A stretch of DNA of 64,000 nt from Actinomycetes bacterium (GTDB taxonomy: Bacteria; Actinomycetota; Thermoleophilia; BMS3ABIN01), in NCBI GenBank assembly GCA_021787475.1, contig JAJYLW010000008.1, forward strand, positions 3,638-67,637, given 5' to 3'. The notes below the pieces were generated by a model. The model made no database searches. It was not told the origin of the DNA and worked only from the letters and a program-made list of their open reading frames with translations. How positions within the stretch are numbered: position 1 is the stretch's first letter; the number at the start of each line of letters is the position of its first letter. Below, piece by piece: positions 44,035 to 52,636 of this stretch. The translations under genes and the position numbers were made by a program.

Positions 44035-45492
44035 TTACCTGTTCCTGATGTACGCGAGGAAATTAAGCGATTCCCACAGGATCATCCATACTAGCATCAG
44101 CTCCGAAAAGAACTGCGCCCGCTCGCGCCTGAGCAGCCTGTCGATGCCAAACATCAACAGGAACGCGCCCGCCGGCAGCAATGGATAAAGGTAACGGCCG
44201 GGGACGCCACCAATACCGGAGCCGAAAGGCATCAGCAGAATGGCCGCCACTCCCACGACGAATGCGACCAGCACGAACATGACACGGATCTGCACATCCT
44301 TGACCTGGCCGTGGCGGCCCTGGGTGAGGTAAAAGAGCAGGCCCGCCACCGCCACTACCATGCCCGGCAGGACCGCAATCCAGGCATTGGTCCAGAAAGC
44401 AAACGGAAAGATGGGCTCCCCGAACCAGTAAGTTGGCAGGAGTTCATTAAGACGCAGGGTTTGGAGGGAGACAAGCGGCGAGGCAAAAAAAGCCGACATG
44501 AGCGGCCGGGCGGCGCTGGCTCCGGTGGCGTCTCCATAAAGGGCGATGTTGCGCAGCGTCCACGGAGCCAGCATAACCGCCACGGGAGCAAGGAGGACAG
44601 CGCCGTGAAGCAGCGCCCGCTTTAACGGCTCGCGCCGGTAAATAACAAGCAAAGCCAGGGCAGCCAATGCCACTGGCAGTAAAAACAGCGACGTCAGCTT
44701 GGCCAACAGAGCGGCGCCGATGACGGCGCCGGCGAGGGCGCTCCGCTTCCAGGAAAGGCCCCTGCCCACCATCCTTAAAAGCAGCAGCAGCGCCGCCGCT
44801 CCCAGGGGGACAGCCAGGGCGTCATTGCTGATCTGCGACATGTTCAAGGCGTAGCCTTGCGTCAGCAGCATGACCACCGGGGCGCCCAGCATCACCAGGC
44901 GGCTGTCGGGAAACGCTTCGCGGGCGGTCAGATAAGTGAGGGGAAGCATCGTCGAAGCCATCAGCGCCGCCAGCAGCCGCAGGCCGTAAAGCTTAATGAA
45001 TGGATCGGAAGGCAGCGCCGCGTAAACGGGCGCGTTGACTACATAGTATAATGGTGGTTGCATGGCTTCATAATTGAAATGCCATAGATTTCGCTGCACC
45101 CATTTGTCCTGATTCCTGCTGTCGAGCCCGGCGGGAACCGTCGACCACCGGGATGGATCAAGCTCTGCTGGTGTTGACATAGTTCCCGCCGGAGTCCAGC
45201 CCCACTGGTTGGCCTGGACAGACATCCAGACCACTGTCGGCGAGATGAAGCTCTTGCCCTCAACCGGCAGCGATCCCTTCTCGGCCAGTGCCTGGACAAA
45301 ATCAAAATGCTGCGCCTCGTCGACACGGCTCCAGACTGGCTGGATCAGCGCAAACGCGGCAGTCTCGGCCAGAAGCGCCAGCCACAGCGCCATTACGGCA
45401 AGGCGGGTGCTTCTGCGCCGCCGGGAAACCGGGTCGGGTTTTGAAGCCGCGCGGGCTTCAGTTGCGACTTCTGCCAGGCTGGCGTTGCTCAT
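44035..45492 (-). CDS. GT39/PMT_2-like membrane glycosyltransferase (dolichyl-phosphate-mannose-protein mannosyltransferase / ArnT-like)
   Basis: Start at the ATG at 45492 (MSNASLAEV...), which gives a 4-nt ATGA overlap with the upstream gene. The ORF-track extension to 45780 is rejected. Many TM helices with a periplasmic loop, typical of GT-C. Confidence 0.7.
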   Translation of the reverse strand: MSNASLAEVATEARAASKPDPVSRRRRSTRLAVMALWLALLAETAAFALIQPVWSRVDEAQHFDFVQALAEKGSLPVEGKSFISPTVVWMSVQANQWGWTPAGTMSTPAELDPSRWSTVPAGLDSRNQDKWVQRNLWHFNYEAMQPPLYYVVNAPVYAALPSDPFIKLYGLRLLAALMASTMLPLTYLTAREAFPDSRLVMLGAPVVMLLTQGYALNMSQISNDALAVPLGAAALLLLLRMVGRGLSWKRSALAGAVIGAALLAKLTSLFLLPVALAALALLVIYRREPLKRALLHGAVLLAPVAVMLAPWTLRNIALYGDATGASAARPLMSAFFASPLVSLQTLRLNELLPTYWFGEPIFPFAFWTNAWIAVLPGMVVAVAGLLFYLTQGRHGQVKDVQIRVMFVLVAFVVGVAAILLMPFGSGIGGVPGRYLYPLLPAGAFLLMFGIDRLLRRERAQFFSELMLVWMILWESLNFLAYIRNR

Positions 45493-46595
45493 GCTATCCA
45501 CCTGCCGGCGGCAAACGCGGCGGTGGAGACCGCCAGCAGTATGAGCAGACAGGCTGAGATTGCCCAATAAACCGGTTTGTGCCTGGAGATGATCGCCAGA
45601 ACAATAAAAACCGGGAAGACCACCAGCATGTACCGGCTCATGGATTTCATCGTTCCTCCCGCCAACGGAAAAAGCAGACTCACAAGCGTGTAAAGAGTAT
45701 ATGAAAACGGCAGTTTCTTGAAACCGAGGAGGATGGATACGGCCATCAGCAGGGTGGCGGCCGCGTCCCAGATCACCCAAAGCTCGCCCTGGCCGAACAG
45801 GTAGTGAAAGTCCTGCCCAAAGCTATGCCAGATTGGCGTAATAACGTGCCCCCATCCGCTCGCCTGGGTTTCGGCAAACGCAAACGGCTGGCCGAAGCCG
45901 GTGTACAGGTAAGCCGAATAAACAGCGGCGCCGGCCGGCACCAGCGCAAGCCAAAGCAGCGCCGGCCGCAGGCTCCTTCGGGGTGAGAAATTTCGCTGCG
46001 ACAGAAACTCAAAGGCAAGCGGCACCAGCAGCAAGAGCCCGGAGATCCGCGTTAGCGAGGCCAGCAGCCCCCACGCGCCGGCTGCCGCCCATCGCCCCCT
46101 GCGGCCATAGTAAAAACAGGCGACGCTGGTCAGGAGAAATAGCGATTCCGTAAAAATAGCATTAAAGAAGAAGGAGGTGGGAAAGATGGCGAGCAGCCAG
46201 ATTGTCCGCCTGGCGATGGATTCATTAAAGTCGGAACGGACAAGGCGGTAAAGAAATAAAAAACCGCTGACGAGGCAGAACAGTGAAACCAGCATGCCCG
46301 CCAGCAGGTAGTTGCCTGTCAGAATCCAGCCAAGGACATGCATCAGCCAGGGATAAAGAGGAAAGAAAGCCACGTTGGACTGCTGACCGGCCACCCACCC
46401 ATAGCCGTGCTGAGCGATGGACATGTACCAGTTGGCGTCCCAGTGATACCAGGCTGACAGAAACCAGGGAACCGTCGAGGACAAGGGCACAGACATGCCC
46501 TCGTGAATCTGAGGGAAAAAGAAATAGCCAACAGCCGCAAAACTGACAATCAACGCCCGGCTGAGGGTTAAGGACCGCGCCACGGAGCGAAGCAT
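45489..46595 (-). CDS. polytopic membrane protein, putative GT-C glycosyltransferase (DUF2029/mannosyltransferase-like)
   Basis: 368 aa, ~10 TM. ...WYHWDANWYMSIAQHGY.... Translationally coupled to the GT39 gene. Confidence 0.5.
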   Translation of the reverse strand: MLRSVARSLTLSRALIVSFAAVGYFFFPQIHEGMSVPLSSTVPWFLSAWYHWDANWYMSIAQHGYGWVAGQQSNVAFFPLYPWLMHVLGWILTGNYLLAGMLVSLFCLVSGFLFLYRLVRSDFNESIARRTIWLLAIFPTSFFFNAIFTESLFLLTSVACFYYGRRGRWAAAGAWGLLASLTRISGLLLLVPLAFEFLSQRNFSPRRSLRPALLWLALVPAGAAVYSAYLYTGFGQPFAFAETQASGWGHVITPIWHSFGQDFHYLFGQGELWVIWDAAATLLMAVSILLGFKKLPFSYTLYTLVSLLFPLAGGTMKSMSRYMLVVFPVFIVLAIISRHKPVYWAISACLLILLAVSTAAFAAGRWIA

Positions 46596-46685
46596 AAATT
46601 ACCTCTGGGACAAACCCGGGATAAGCCAAACAAACGGCTCAAGAAAAAAATACTAGAAGCAGGCGGAAGCTTTGTCAATCAGCCC

Positions 46686-46812
46686 AGAGCCTGTCCCGGC
46701 AGGTAATTCGCGGCGAGGCCGAGCGAAAAGGCCATCGCGGACAAGATCCAGCATCTGCGTTTATGGCTTTTCAGCCGGCCGCAGCGCGATACACCTGCCG
46801 GGATAGGCTCTA
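46686..46812. repeat. GC-rich intergenic repeat element, copy 1 (carries a ~58-bp internal insertion)
   Basis: AGAGCCTGTCCCGGCAGGTAATTCGCGGCGAGGCC...CACCTGCCGGGATAGGCTCTAAACC. See the ~60-bp repeat-family finding. Confidence 0.7.
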
Positions 46813-46924
46813 AACCGGCGCCGGGCCGCTCGGGATGGCGGCGCTGCTATAATTTAATTTCCGTTTATTGGCGAGCGGCGACTTGTCAGGAACCCGGCCG
46901 GTCCTGGCCCGCCGGCCTGAACAC

Positions 46925-46990
46925 AAAGAGCCTGTCTCAGAAGGTGATTCGCGGCGAGGCCGCAGCAGGATGCACTGCCGGGATAGGCTC
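46925..46990. repeat. GC-rich intergenic repeat element, copy 2
   Basis: AGAGCCTGTCTCAGAAGGTGATTCGCGGCGAGGCCGCAGCAGGATGCACTGCCGGGATAGGCTC. Confidence 0.7.
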
Positions 46991-47001
46991 AAAGCAGATA
47001 A

Positions 47002-47763
47002 ATGCTGCCGCGGGAATACGACATCCTCTATAGACTCGAGAATTCATACTGGTGGTTCACCGGCATGAAATTGATCATGGAGAAGGTCCTTGGCGCAACC
47101 ATCGCACCTTCCTCAAGGCTGCTTGACGTCGGCTGCGGCACCGGCGGCCGCCTCCTGTTGCTGAGCCGGAGCTGCCAGACATGGGGCGTTGACTTGAGTC
47201 CGAGCGCAGTCGCTTACTGCCGCCAGCGGGGCCTGAAAAATATAATCCAGGCAGACGCTGCCAGCCTTCCTTACCCGGATCAGATGTTTACACACGCGAC
47301 CTGTTGCGATGTCCTGCAAAACCTGGAGGATGACACCGCCGCCATCGAAGAAGCCTTCCGCGTGCTCAAACCGGGCGGGCTCTATTACATTTCCGAACAG
47401 GCTTACCCTCTGCTGCGCAGCCAGCACGACATCTCCCAGGAAGCTGTCCGCCGCTACCAGCGGCGGCGCCTGCGAAAGTTGTTGACAAACTCTGGATTTG
47501 AGGTACAAAGAATGACCGGTGCCAACAGCATTCTTTTCCCGGCGCTGGCGGCCTACCGGCTGGCAAGCAGAACGACGCACCCGATTGCGTCAGTCAAGCG
47601 TGAGCAGGCCCGCTCACATATATTTGCGCTTCCGCGGGCTCTTAACTCGGCGCTGCTGCAAGTGCTTAAGCTGGAGGGAGCGTGGATAGGCTCGGGCAGA
47701 AACATGCCCTGGGGCTTAAGCATCATCACGCTGGCAAAAAAGCCGGGACGGGACCATATTTAA
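47002..47763 (+). CDS. class I SAM-dependent methyltransferase (Methyltransf_11/23-like)
   Basis: 253 aa. Motif I LLDVGCGTGGRL. Motif post-I VDLSPSAVAYC. Confidence 0.8.
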   Translation: MLPREYDILYRLENSYWWFTGMKLIMEKVLGATIAPSSRLLDVGCGTGGRLLLLSRSCQTWGVDLSPSAVAYCRQRGLKNIIQADAASLPYPDQMFTHATCCDVLQNLEDDTAAIEEAFRVLKPGGLYYISEQAYPLLRSQHDISQEAVRRYQRRRLRKLLTNSGFEVQRMTGANSILFPALAAYRLASRTTHPIASVKREQARSHIFALPRALNSALLQVLKLEGAWIGSGRNMPWGLSIITLAKKPGRDHI

Positions 47764-47800
47764 ACCCCGGAACCGCAAGGGGGCAGCCATGGCCTGCGCA

Positions 47801-47840
47801 GCCGACAGCAGCAGGATGCACCTAATGGGATAGGCTCTTA
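47801..47840. repeat. GC-rich intergenic repeat element, copy 3 (3' half only)
   Basis: GCAGCCGACAGCAGCAGGATGCACCTAATGGGATAGGCTCTTA. The end overlaps the stop codon of the minus-strand gene 47838..49277. Confidence 0.6.
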
Positions 47841-49277
47841 GGAGCCCGTCGGCAGTATCTTCTCCTCGTGGTACTCGCGGGCGCGGTTGACATCAAAGAC
47901 GCTCTGCCGCGTTTCCCCCAGCAGGTTGCGCGCCGCCAGCATGCCGGTCTTGATGGAATGGTCCATGTTGTTGTACTTGTAAGTCCCGTAGCGGCCGACA
48001 GTCTCCAGATTGCTGAAGCTGCCGACGTAATCAACGACTTTGCGGAGCAGCTCCTCATATCCCAGCTCGTACATGGGATAAGCCTTGGCGGTCCTGATCA
48101 CGAACGCATCGATGACATCATCCTTCTTAAGAAACCCAAGGCGCCGGTCCAGATCCTCAATAGTCAGGTCGATTAGCGCCTGATCGTCCATGTTCCAGAT
48201 CTCGCCGCCCTGAAAACAAAAATATTCCACCACAAGCGAGGTTTTGCCGGCAGGGACCATCTCCGCGCTCCAGTTGCGCGGCTCATGAATGCGGCCCAGG
48301 GTGATGGTCGGATCGTGGATGTAGATCCAGGTGTCGTCGGTCACGCGCGGTCTGTTGATCATCAGGTTGACCGTGATTAAATCGCGGTAGCGGAGCGAGC
48401 GGGCCGCCGTGGCCACTTCCGCCGGAGCCTCGGGCCTCATCGCCAGCGCCAGTTCTGTGAGAGGCATGCTGGAGCAGAGGCGCTTCAGCGGCAGGGCATA
48501 GCGTCCCTCGGGCCCCTCTACCTCAACAGACGTCACGACGCTTCCCTCATGGTTGACGGCAGTGACCCGCGAGCCAAGCCGAACCTCGCCCCCCAGCGCC
48601 GTCACGCTCTCGGCCAGGCGCTCGCTGATGCGGCCGATGCCCAGGCGCGGATACATAAACTTGTCAATCAAAGTCGTGACCTTGCCATTCCGGGAAGGAA
48701 ACAACGCCTCCTTGACAGCCACCCGCAGCGACAACCCCTTGATCCGCTGGGCGGCCCACTCGGCGCAGATGCGGCTGCAATCGATGCCCCAGACCTTCTC
48801 GGTATAGTTCTTGAAAAAAAGCTTGAACAACTCGTGCCCGAACTCGTTGCTGACCCAGTCCTCCAGGGAAACAATCTCGCGGTGATGGAAGAGATTCTTT
48901 ACTTTCAGGGAGCCGTAATCAAGCAGGCACCTGGCGGTTGTGCCGATGCCCATGCCAAACAAGGCATTTGCCGGTTTCAAGGGATAATCGAAATACCTGT
49001 TCCGGTAGAAGATCCTGCTGGTGCGGTTGACCCAGATGATCTCGTCACCCAGCAGGTCACGGAAGAACCGGTCAACCTCATCATCCTTGGTAAAAAAGCG
49101 GTGGCCGCCAATGTCGAAGCGAAAGCCGTCCCAGACCACTGTGCGGGAAATGCCGCCCACCTGCCCGCCCAATTCCAGCACGGCGGTATTAACACTGCTC
49201 TGGCATAAAATGTAGGCGGCGCTCAGGCCGGCGGGGCCGGCGCCGACCACGCACACGTCAACGGCGCTCTTGCTCAC
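47838..49277 (-). CDS. FAD-dependent oxidoreductase (UDP-galactopyranose mutase / amine-oxidase-like fold)
   Basis: 479 aa. N-terminal Rossmann VCVVGAGPAGLSAAYIL. Glf-like features (...WVNRTSRIFYRNRYFDYP...). Confidence 0.75.
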   Translation of the reverse strand: MSKSAVDVCVVGAGPAGLSAAYILCQSSVNTAVLELGGQVGGISRTVVWDGFRFDIGGHRFFTKDDEVDRFFRDLLGDEIIWVNRTSRIFYRNRYFDYPLKPANALFGMGIGTTARCLLDYGSLKVKNLFHHREIVSLEDWVSNEFGHELFKLFFKNYTEKVWGIDCSRICAEWAAQRIKGLSLRVAVKEALFPSRNGKVTTLIDKFMYPRLGIGRISERLAESVTALGGEVRLGSRVTAVNHEGSVVTSVEVEGPEGRYALPLKRLCSSMPLTELALAMRPEAPAEVATAARSLRYRDLITVNLMINRPRVTDDTWIYIHDPTITLGRIHEPRNWSAEMVPAGKTSLVVEYFCFQGGEIWNMDDQALIDLTIEDLDRRLGFLKKDDVIDAFVIRTAKAYPMYELGYEELLRKVVDYVGSFSNLETVGRYGTYKYNNMDHSIKTGMLAARNLLGETRQSVFDVNRAREYHEEKILPTGS

Positions 49278-49823
49278 CCTGTCTCCAGTCGTTTCATCGG
49301 CAAAAGCCGCAGACGCGCGTTGCCATCTTAAAAAATGCGAATGGGAATGTCGCAGGCGGCTGCAGCGGAAATATTGTAACTTGATTATAACTTTCGGCGG
49401 GCCGGGGCAACAAGAAGGAACGTATCAATTGCCGCCCGCCGTGACCGGTCCGGCGGAGACTGCAGCCGCCACGGGTGTTTCTTGCCTGAACATTTATGAA
49501 GCGGCAGAAAAAGTTGAGCCCGCAGGTGGGGGGAGGCTAAACTCACAACCCGCGGGCTCCTTTTAGGGCGGAGGCCAAGCCTCACTCCCTGTGTAATGGT
49601 GATTCAAAAATATTATCGACCCGGCAGGTCATTCCTTTAGAAATACGGTACTAAAACCCATATTTGAAAAACCCATTAGAACGCTGCAAAAAGAAGATTT
49701 AATCCCGAAAACCCTGTAGGATGGCGTAAGACGAATGACAACTGGAGCAAGTCCTGACAAGGTCAAAAAATGTTTATTTGAGCAATCAATTATTTGCCAT
49801 GCTACGACCGAGGGAGGGAAAAA

Positions 49824-50144
49824 ATGAATCAGAAGCGGGAGGAAAGCGATGCGCCGGCCCCGGGGCCCCAGGTAAAAGTGCAGGTTCCACCCGAGGTGCA
49901 GCGCGGAGTTTACGCCAACATGGCGCGGGTCAATCATTCACAGTTTGAGTTCTCGATTGATTTTGCCAATGCTGATTTTGCCGGCCATGACAACGCCGGA
50001 AATATTCCTGCGATCGTGGTCGCCCGGGTGATGGTCAGCCACGAGTTTATGCCGCATTTGCTGGAGGCCCTGAAGGAAAATTACAGTCGTTTTCTCACCC
50101 GCCGCGACATTGACGGCCTGCCGGAGACCGAGGAGCCGAAATAA
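49824..50144 (+). CDS. DUF3467 family protein
   Basis: Start MNQKREESD at 49824 with a GGAGGG SD. ...GVYANMARVNHSQFEFSIDFA... matches my recollection of the DUF3467 signature. Confidence 0.55.
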   Translation: MNQKREESDAPAPGPQVKVQVPPEVQRGVYANMARVNHSQFEFSIDFANADFAGHDNAGNIPAIVVARVMVSHEFMPHLLEALKENYSRFLTRRDIDGLPETEEPK

Positions 50145-50189
50145 ACCACCTTCTGAGCCGCGACTTCCCCGGACGCAAAACACCCAAAG

Positions 50190-50253
50190 ACATATCCCGG
50201 CAGGCAATTCGTGGCGAGGCCGCAGCAGGATACACCTGCTGGGATAGGCTCTA
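50190..50253. repeat. GC-rich intergenic repeat element, copy 4
   Basis: CATATCCCGGCAGGCAATTCGTGGCGAGGCCGCAGCAGGATACACCTGCTGGGATAGGCTCTAG. The end overlaps the stop codon of gene 50251..50985. Confidence 0.7.
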
Positions 50254-50985
50254 GGCGGCCTTGACGCCTGCCGGCATCTTCCATTCCAGCGCCAGGTACG
50301 GCGGCGGCGCCGTCTGCCTGCGAATGAAGTCGATGCCTGAGAGGTTAAGGAGTTCTTCCCGCATCCAGACGTCATACGGGTGGCTCGATCTGGCGAACCG
50401 CGCAATTGACGACGCCGGTTCGTTTCCCTCGGCATACATGATGATCATATCGCCCTCGGGCGAATGTTTGAGGAAAAAACGTTCGCCGGTCAGCCCGAAG
50501 CGCTGCTGGTATTCCCTGTACTCTGCCACCCGGGTTACTGTCGCCGTGTGCAGCCACTGGCGAAAATCATCAAGCTTGCCGGTAAGAACGGGAAAAACAG
50601 TGGCCACCGAGTCCGCCGGTTTTGTTCCTGCCTCCGGCGACTCGTACAACAATTCAGCCGGCTTGATCTGGCGGTAATCGCAAAGATCGTAGCCGGTAAG
50701 CGCAAATATTTTCTCCCGGAACCAGATATCGTGCAGGTTGTCTGATTCACCAATAATCATCATTGACCGGTCAAGGTCACCGCCCTCAAAATAAAAAATC
50801 AGCAAATCGCCCGCGTTGGTCACCTCTATCCATGCCCGCTCATGCGTGATGCCAAGGCCACGACGTGAAGCCTCATGCTCCCCAAGTCGTTTCCCTTGGA
50901 TTTCTTTGGCAAATTCGATCACCTCTGGCGTCATGCCCGGTGCGATATGAAATACGGCGGCAGTTGTTTTCATTATTTCGTTCAT
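50251..50985 (-). CDS. hypothetical protein made of two tandem ~95-aa repeats
   Basis: Start MNEIMKTTAAVFHIAPG at 50985 with a GGGAAGGTGA SD. Repeat 1 is ...AVFHIAPGMTPEVIEF...LLIFYFEGGDLDRSMMII...DIWFREKIFALTGYDL. Repeat 2 is ...TVFPVLTGKLDDFRQW...MIIMYAEGNEPASSIARF...DVWMREELLNLSGIDF. Confidence 0.5.
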   Translation of the reverse strand: MNEIMKTTAAVFHIAPGMTPEVIEFAKEIQGKRLGEHEASRRGLGITHERAWIEVTNAGDLLIFYFEGGDLDRSMMIIGESDNLHDIWFREKIFALTGYDLCDYRQIKPAELLYESPEAGTKPADSVATVFPVLTGKLDDFRQWLHTATVTRVAEYREYQQRFGLTGERFFLKHSPEGDMIIMYAEGNEPASSIARFARSSHPYDVWMREELLNLSGIDFIRRQTAPPPYLALEWKMPAGVKAA

Positions 50986-51187
50986 TCCGATCACCTTCCC
51001 AAAAAAGCGGAGGCGGGCGCGCCGACGCTGTTTGTCAGTTCTCTTCTTAGATTCCCGCTGGCGCGGCGCGCGAAACCGGGAGCCGCAGAAACCCGGTTCC
51101 ACGCGCAAACCGGTTGGCGTCGTCGGTCCGTAAAAAAAGGGACCGGGCAAGCCCGGTCCCACTTGTTTCCTTTCCTCGCCAGCAGCC

Positions 51188-52276
51188 TTATTGGCCAGGG
51201 CCGCCCGGCGCCGCGCCGGTCACGGTCGGCAGGCTGTTTTTATCAGTGGCCGTGAACTTGCGGCCAACGGTGTTGTTCCAGGTGGCAATGTCAAAACCGA
51301 GCGCCCCGGTATTTGACTTCTGCTGGCTGATGCCCAGCAGGTTCAGCCCGATGGCCACGTACTCCTCCAAGTCGTGCCGGTCGCCGGTGACAAGGATCTG
51401 CTTGGAACGGTCTATCTTTGCCAGGTTCGGATAGGTGTCTCCCACTTTCTTGAATAGATCCTGGTATGGCAGGTTAATTGCTCCCGGCAGATGCCCCTTG
51501 GCGTAATCGGAGGCGCTTCGAATGTCAATAATAGTGTAACTTGACAATGGCTTCTTGTTGACTGTCTGGTCAGCGCCAACGTTTAGCCGGCCCGGCATGC
51601 TGGGAAGCACTTTCTGTGCCTCCGCAATCAGGTCGCCGCTGACGGCTGGCAGCGGGAAGCTGCTCGTTTGCTCGTTAGAAGCCGTTTGCAAAGGATTGGT
51701 GTTGTTATAGGTAGGCGGCTTCTCAACAGTGTTGTAGCCGAGCATGCCCCAGTCCAGCCCTTCAATTTTGGGCGCCGGCGTTCCCAGCTTGCCGCTCTTG
51801 GCCAGATCGTAAAGGACAGGCGTGGCAATGCTCTGGGTGTGCGCTGTATAGCAGTGAACCACGATCGTCTTGTTTGTATGCTTTGCCAGCTCCGCGTTGA
51901 TCTTGGCGATGCTGTCAGGGTTGGCAATCGTTTTATAGGGAATGTTAATTGCTCCCGGGATATGGCCGGGTGACGAGCTTGAAGCTTGCGCGTAGTCCTG
52001 AGCGCTGCGTACGTCGATTACCAACGGAGCATCAGCAGGCTTGCCGCTCGTTAGAAGCTTGTTGAGATCAGTTGCAGAAATGGTTTGTTGAGCGGCGGGC
52101 GAATTCAGGAATTGATTCAACAGGCTTGCCGTTTTGTCAAAATTGGTAACCGGCCCCGCCGCAGTCGCGGGGCTACTGGTCGTGCCACCACCGCACCCCG
52201 CTGCCAGCGCAACAATGACTAGTAGCAGCGCTGCCGAAACTGCGAACAGGCCCTTCAGCTTTCGATTTTCTCTCAT
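51188..52276 (-). CDS. lipoprotein with two rhodanese-like domains
   Basis: Start MRENRKLKGLFAVSAALLLVIVALAAGC at 52276 (lipobox) with a GGAGAGGGG SD. The two domains carry VIDVRSAQDYAQ...GHIPGAINIP and IIDIRSASDYAKGHLPGAINLPYQ. Domain 1 has a Cys loop (HCYTAH). Domain 2 has no Cys. Confidence 0.7.
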   Translation of the reverse strand: MRENRKLKGLFAVSAALLLVIVALAAGCGGGTTSSPATAAGPVTNFDKTASLLNQFLNSPAAQQTISATDLNKLLTSGKPADAPLVIDVRSAQDYAQASSSSPGHIPGAINIPYKTIANPDSIAKINAELAKHTNKTIVVHCYTAHTQSIATPVLYDLAKSGKLGTPAPKIEGLDWGMLGYNTVEKPPTYNNTNPLQTASNEQTSSFPLPAVSGDLIAEAQKVLPSMPGRLNVGADQTVNKKPLSSYTIIDIRSASDYAKGHLPGAINLPYQDLFKKVGDTYPNLAKIDRSKQILVTGDRHDLEEYVAIGLNLLGISQQKSNTGALGFDIATWNNTVGRKFTATDKNSLPTVTGAAPGGPGQ

Positions 52277-52636
52277 TTCCCCTCTCCCTTCATTCAGATA
52301 GATTGTTATTAGACACTGAAGACAAAAAATTTCGTTCCTGCGGCCCAGCCTGCCGGCCAAGCTTATCATATTTTTAAAAATCTTTTAACATTCTCAATGC
52401 CTTGATTTTCCTGAAACTGGAAGGCTTCATCTAATCTGCCAGCATCGGCATAAGCGAGTCTGGAATAGGGAAAAACAGAGGATGACAAACAGCTCAGCAA
52501 CCGGCGTTTGAGGAATATGCGAGAAAAATTGCCCAAGAATACGAGGAAACTTACTTTAACCTTCAATTGTTACAATTATTACATTCTGGCGCGGCGAAGT
52601 CAAATACCTAGCCACGTTCCAAAAAAATCATCGTCC

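Noticed and set aside
49270-49566. 98-aa plus-strand ORF in the divergent intergenic region
   Set aside because: No SD. Composition atypical. The region is better explained as untranslated RNA ending in a terminator hairpin (see finding).
52366-52566. 66-aa minus-strand ORF downstream of the rhodanese lipoprotein gene
   Set aside because: AT-rich intergenic junk. No SD, no conservation cues. Probably the untranslated region between two genes.
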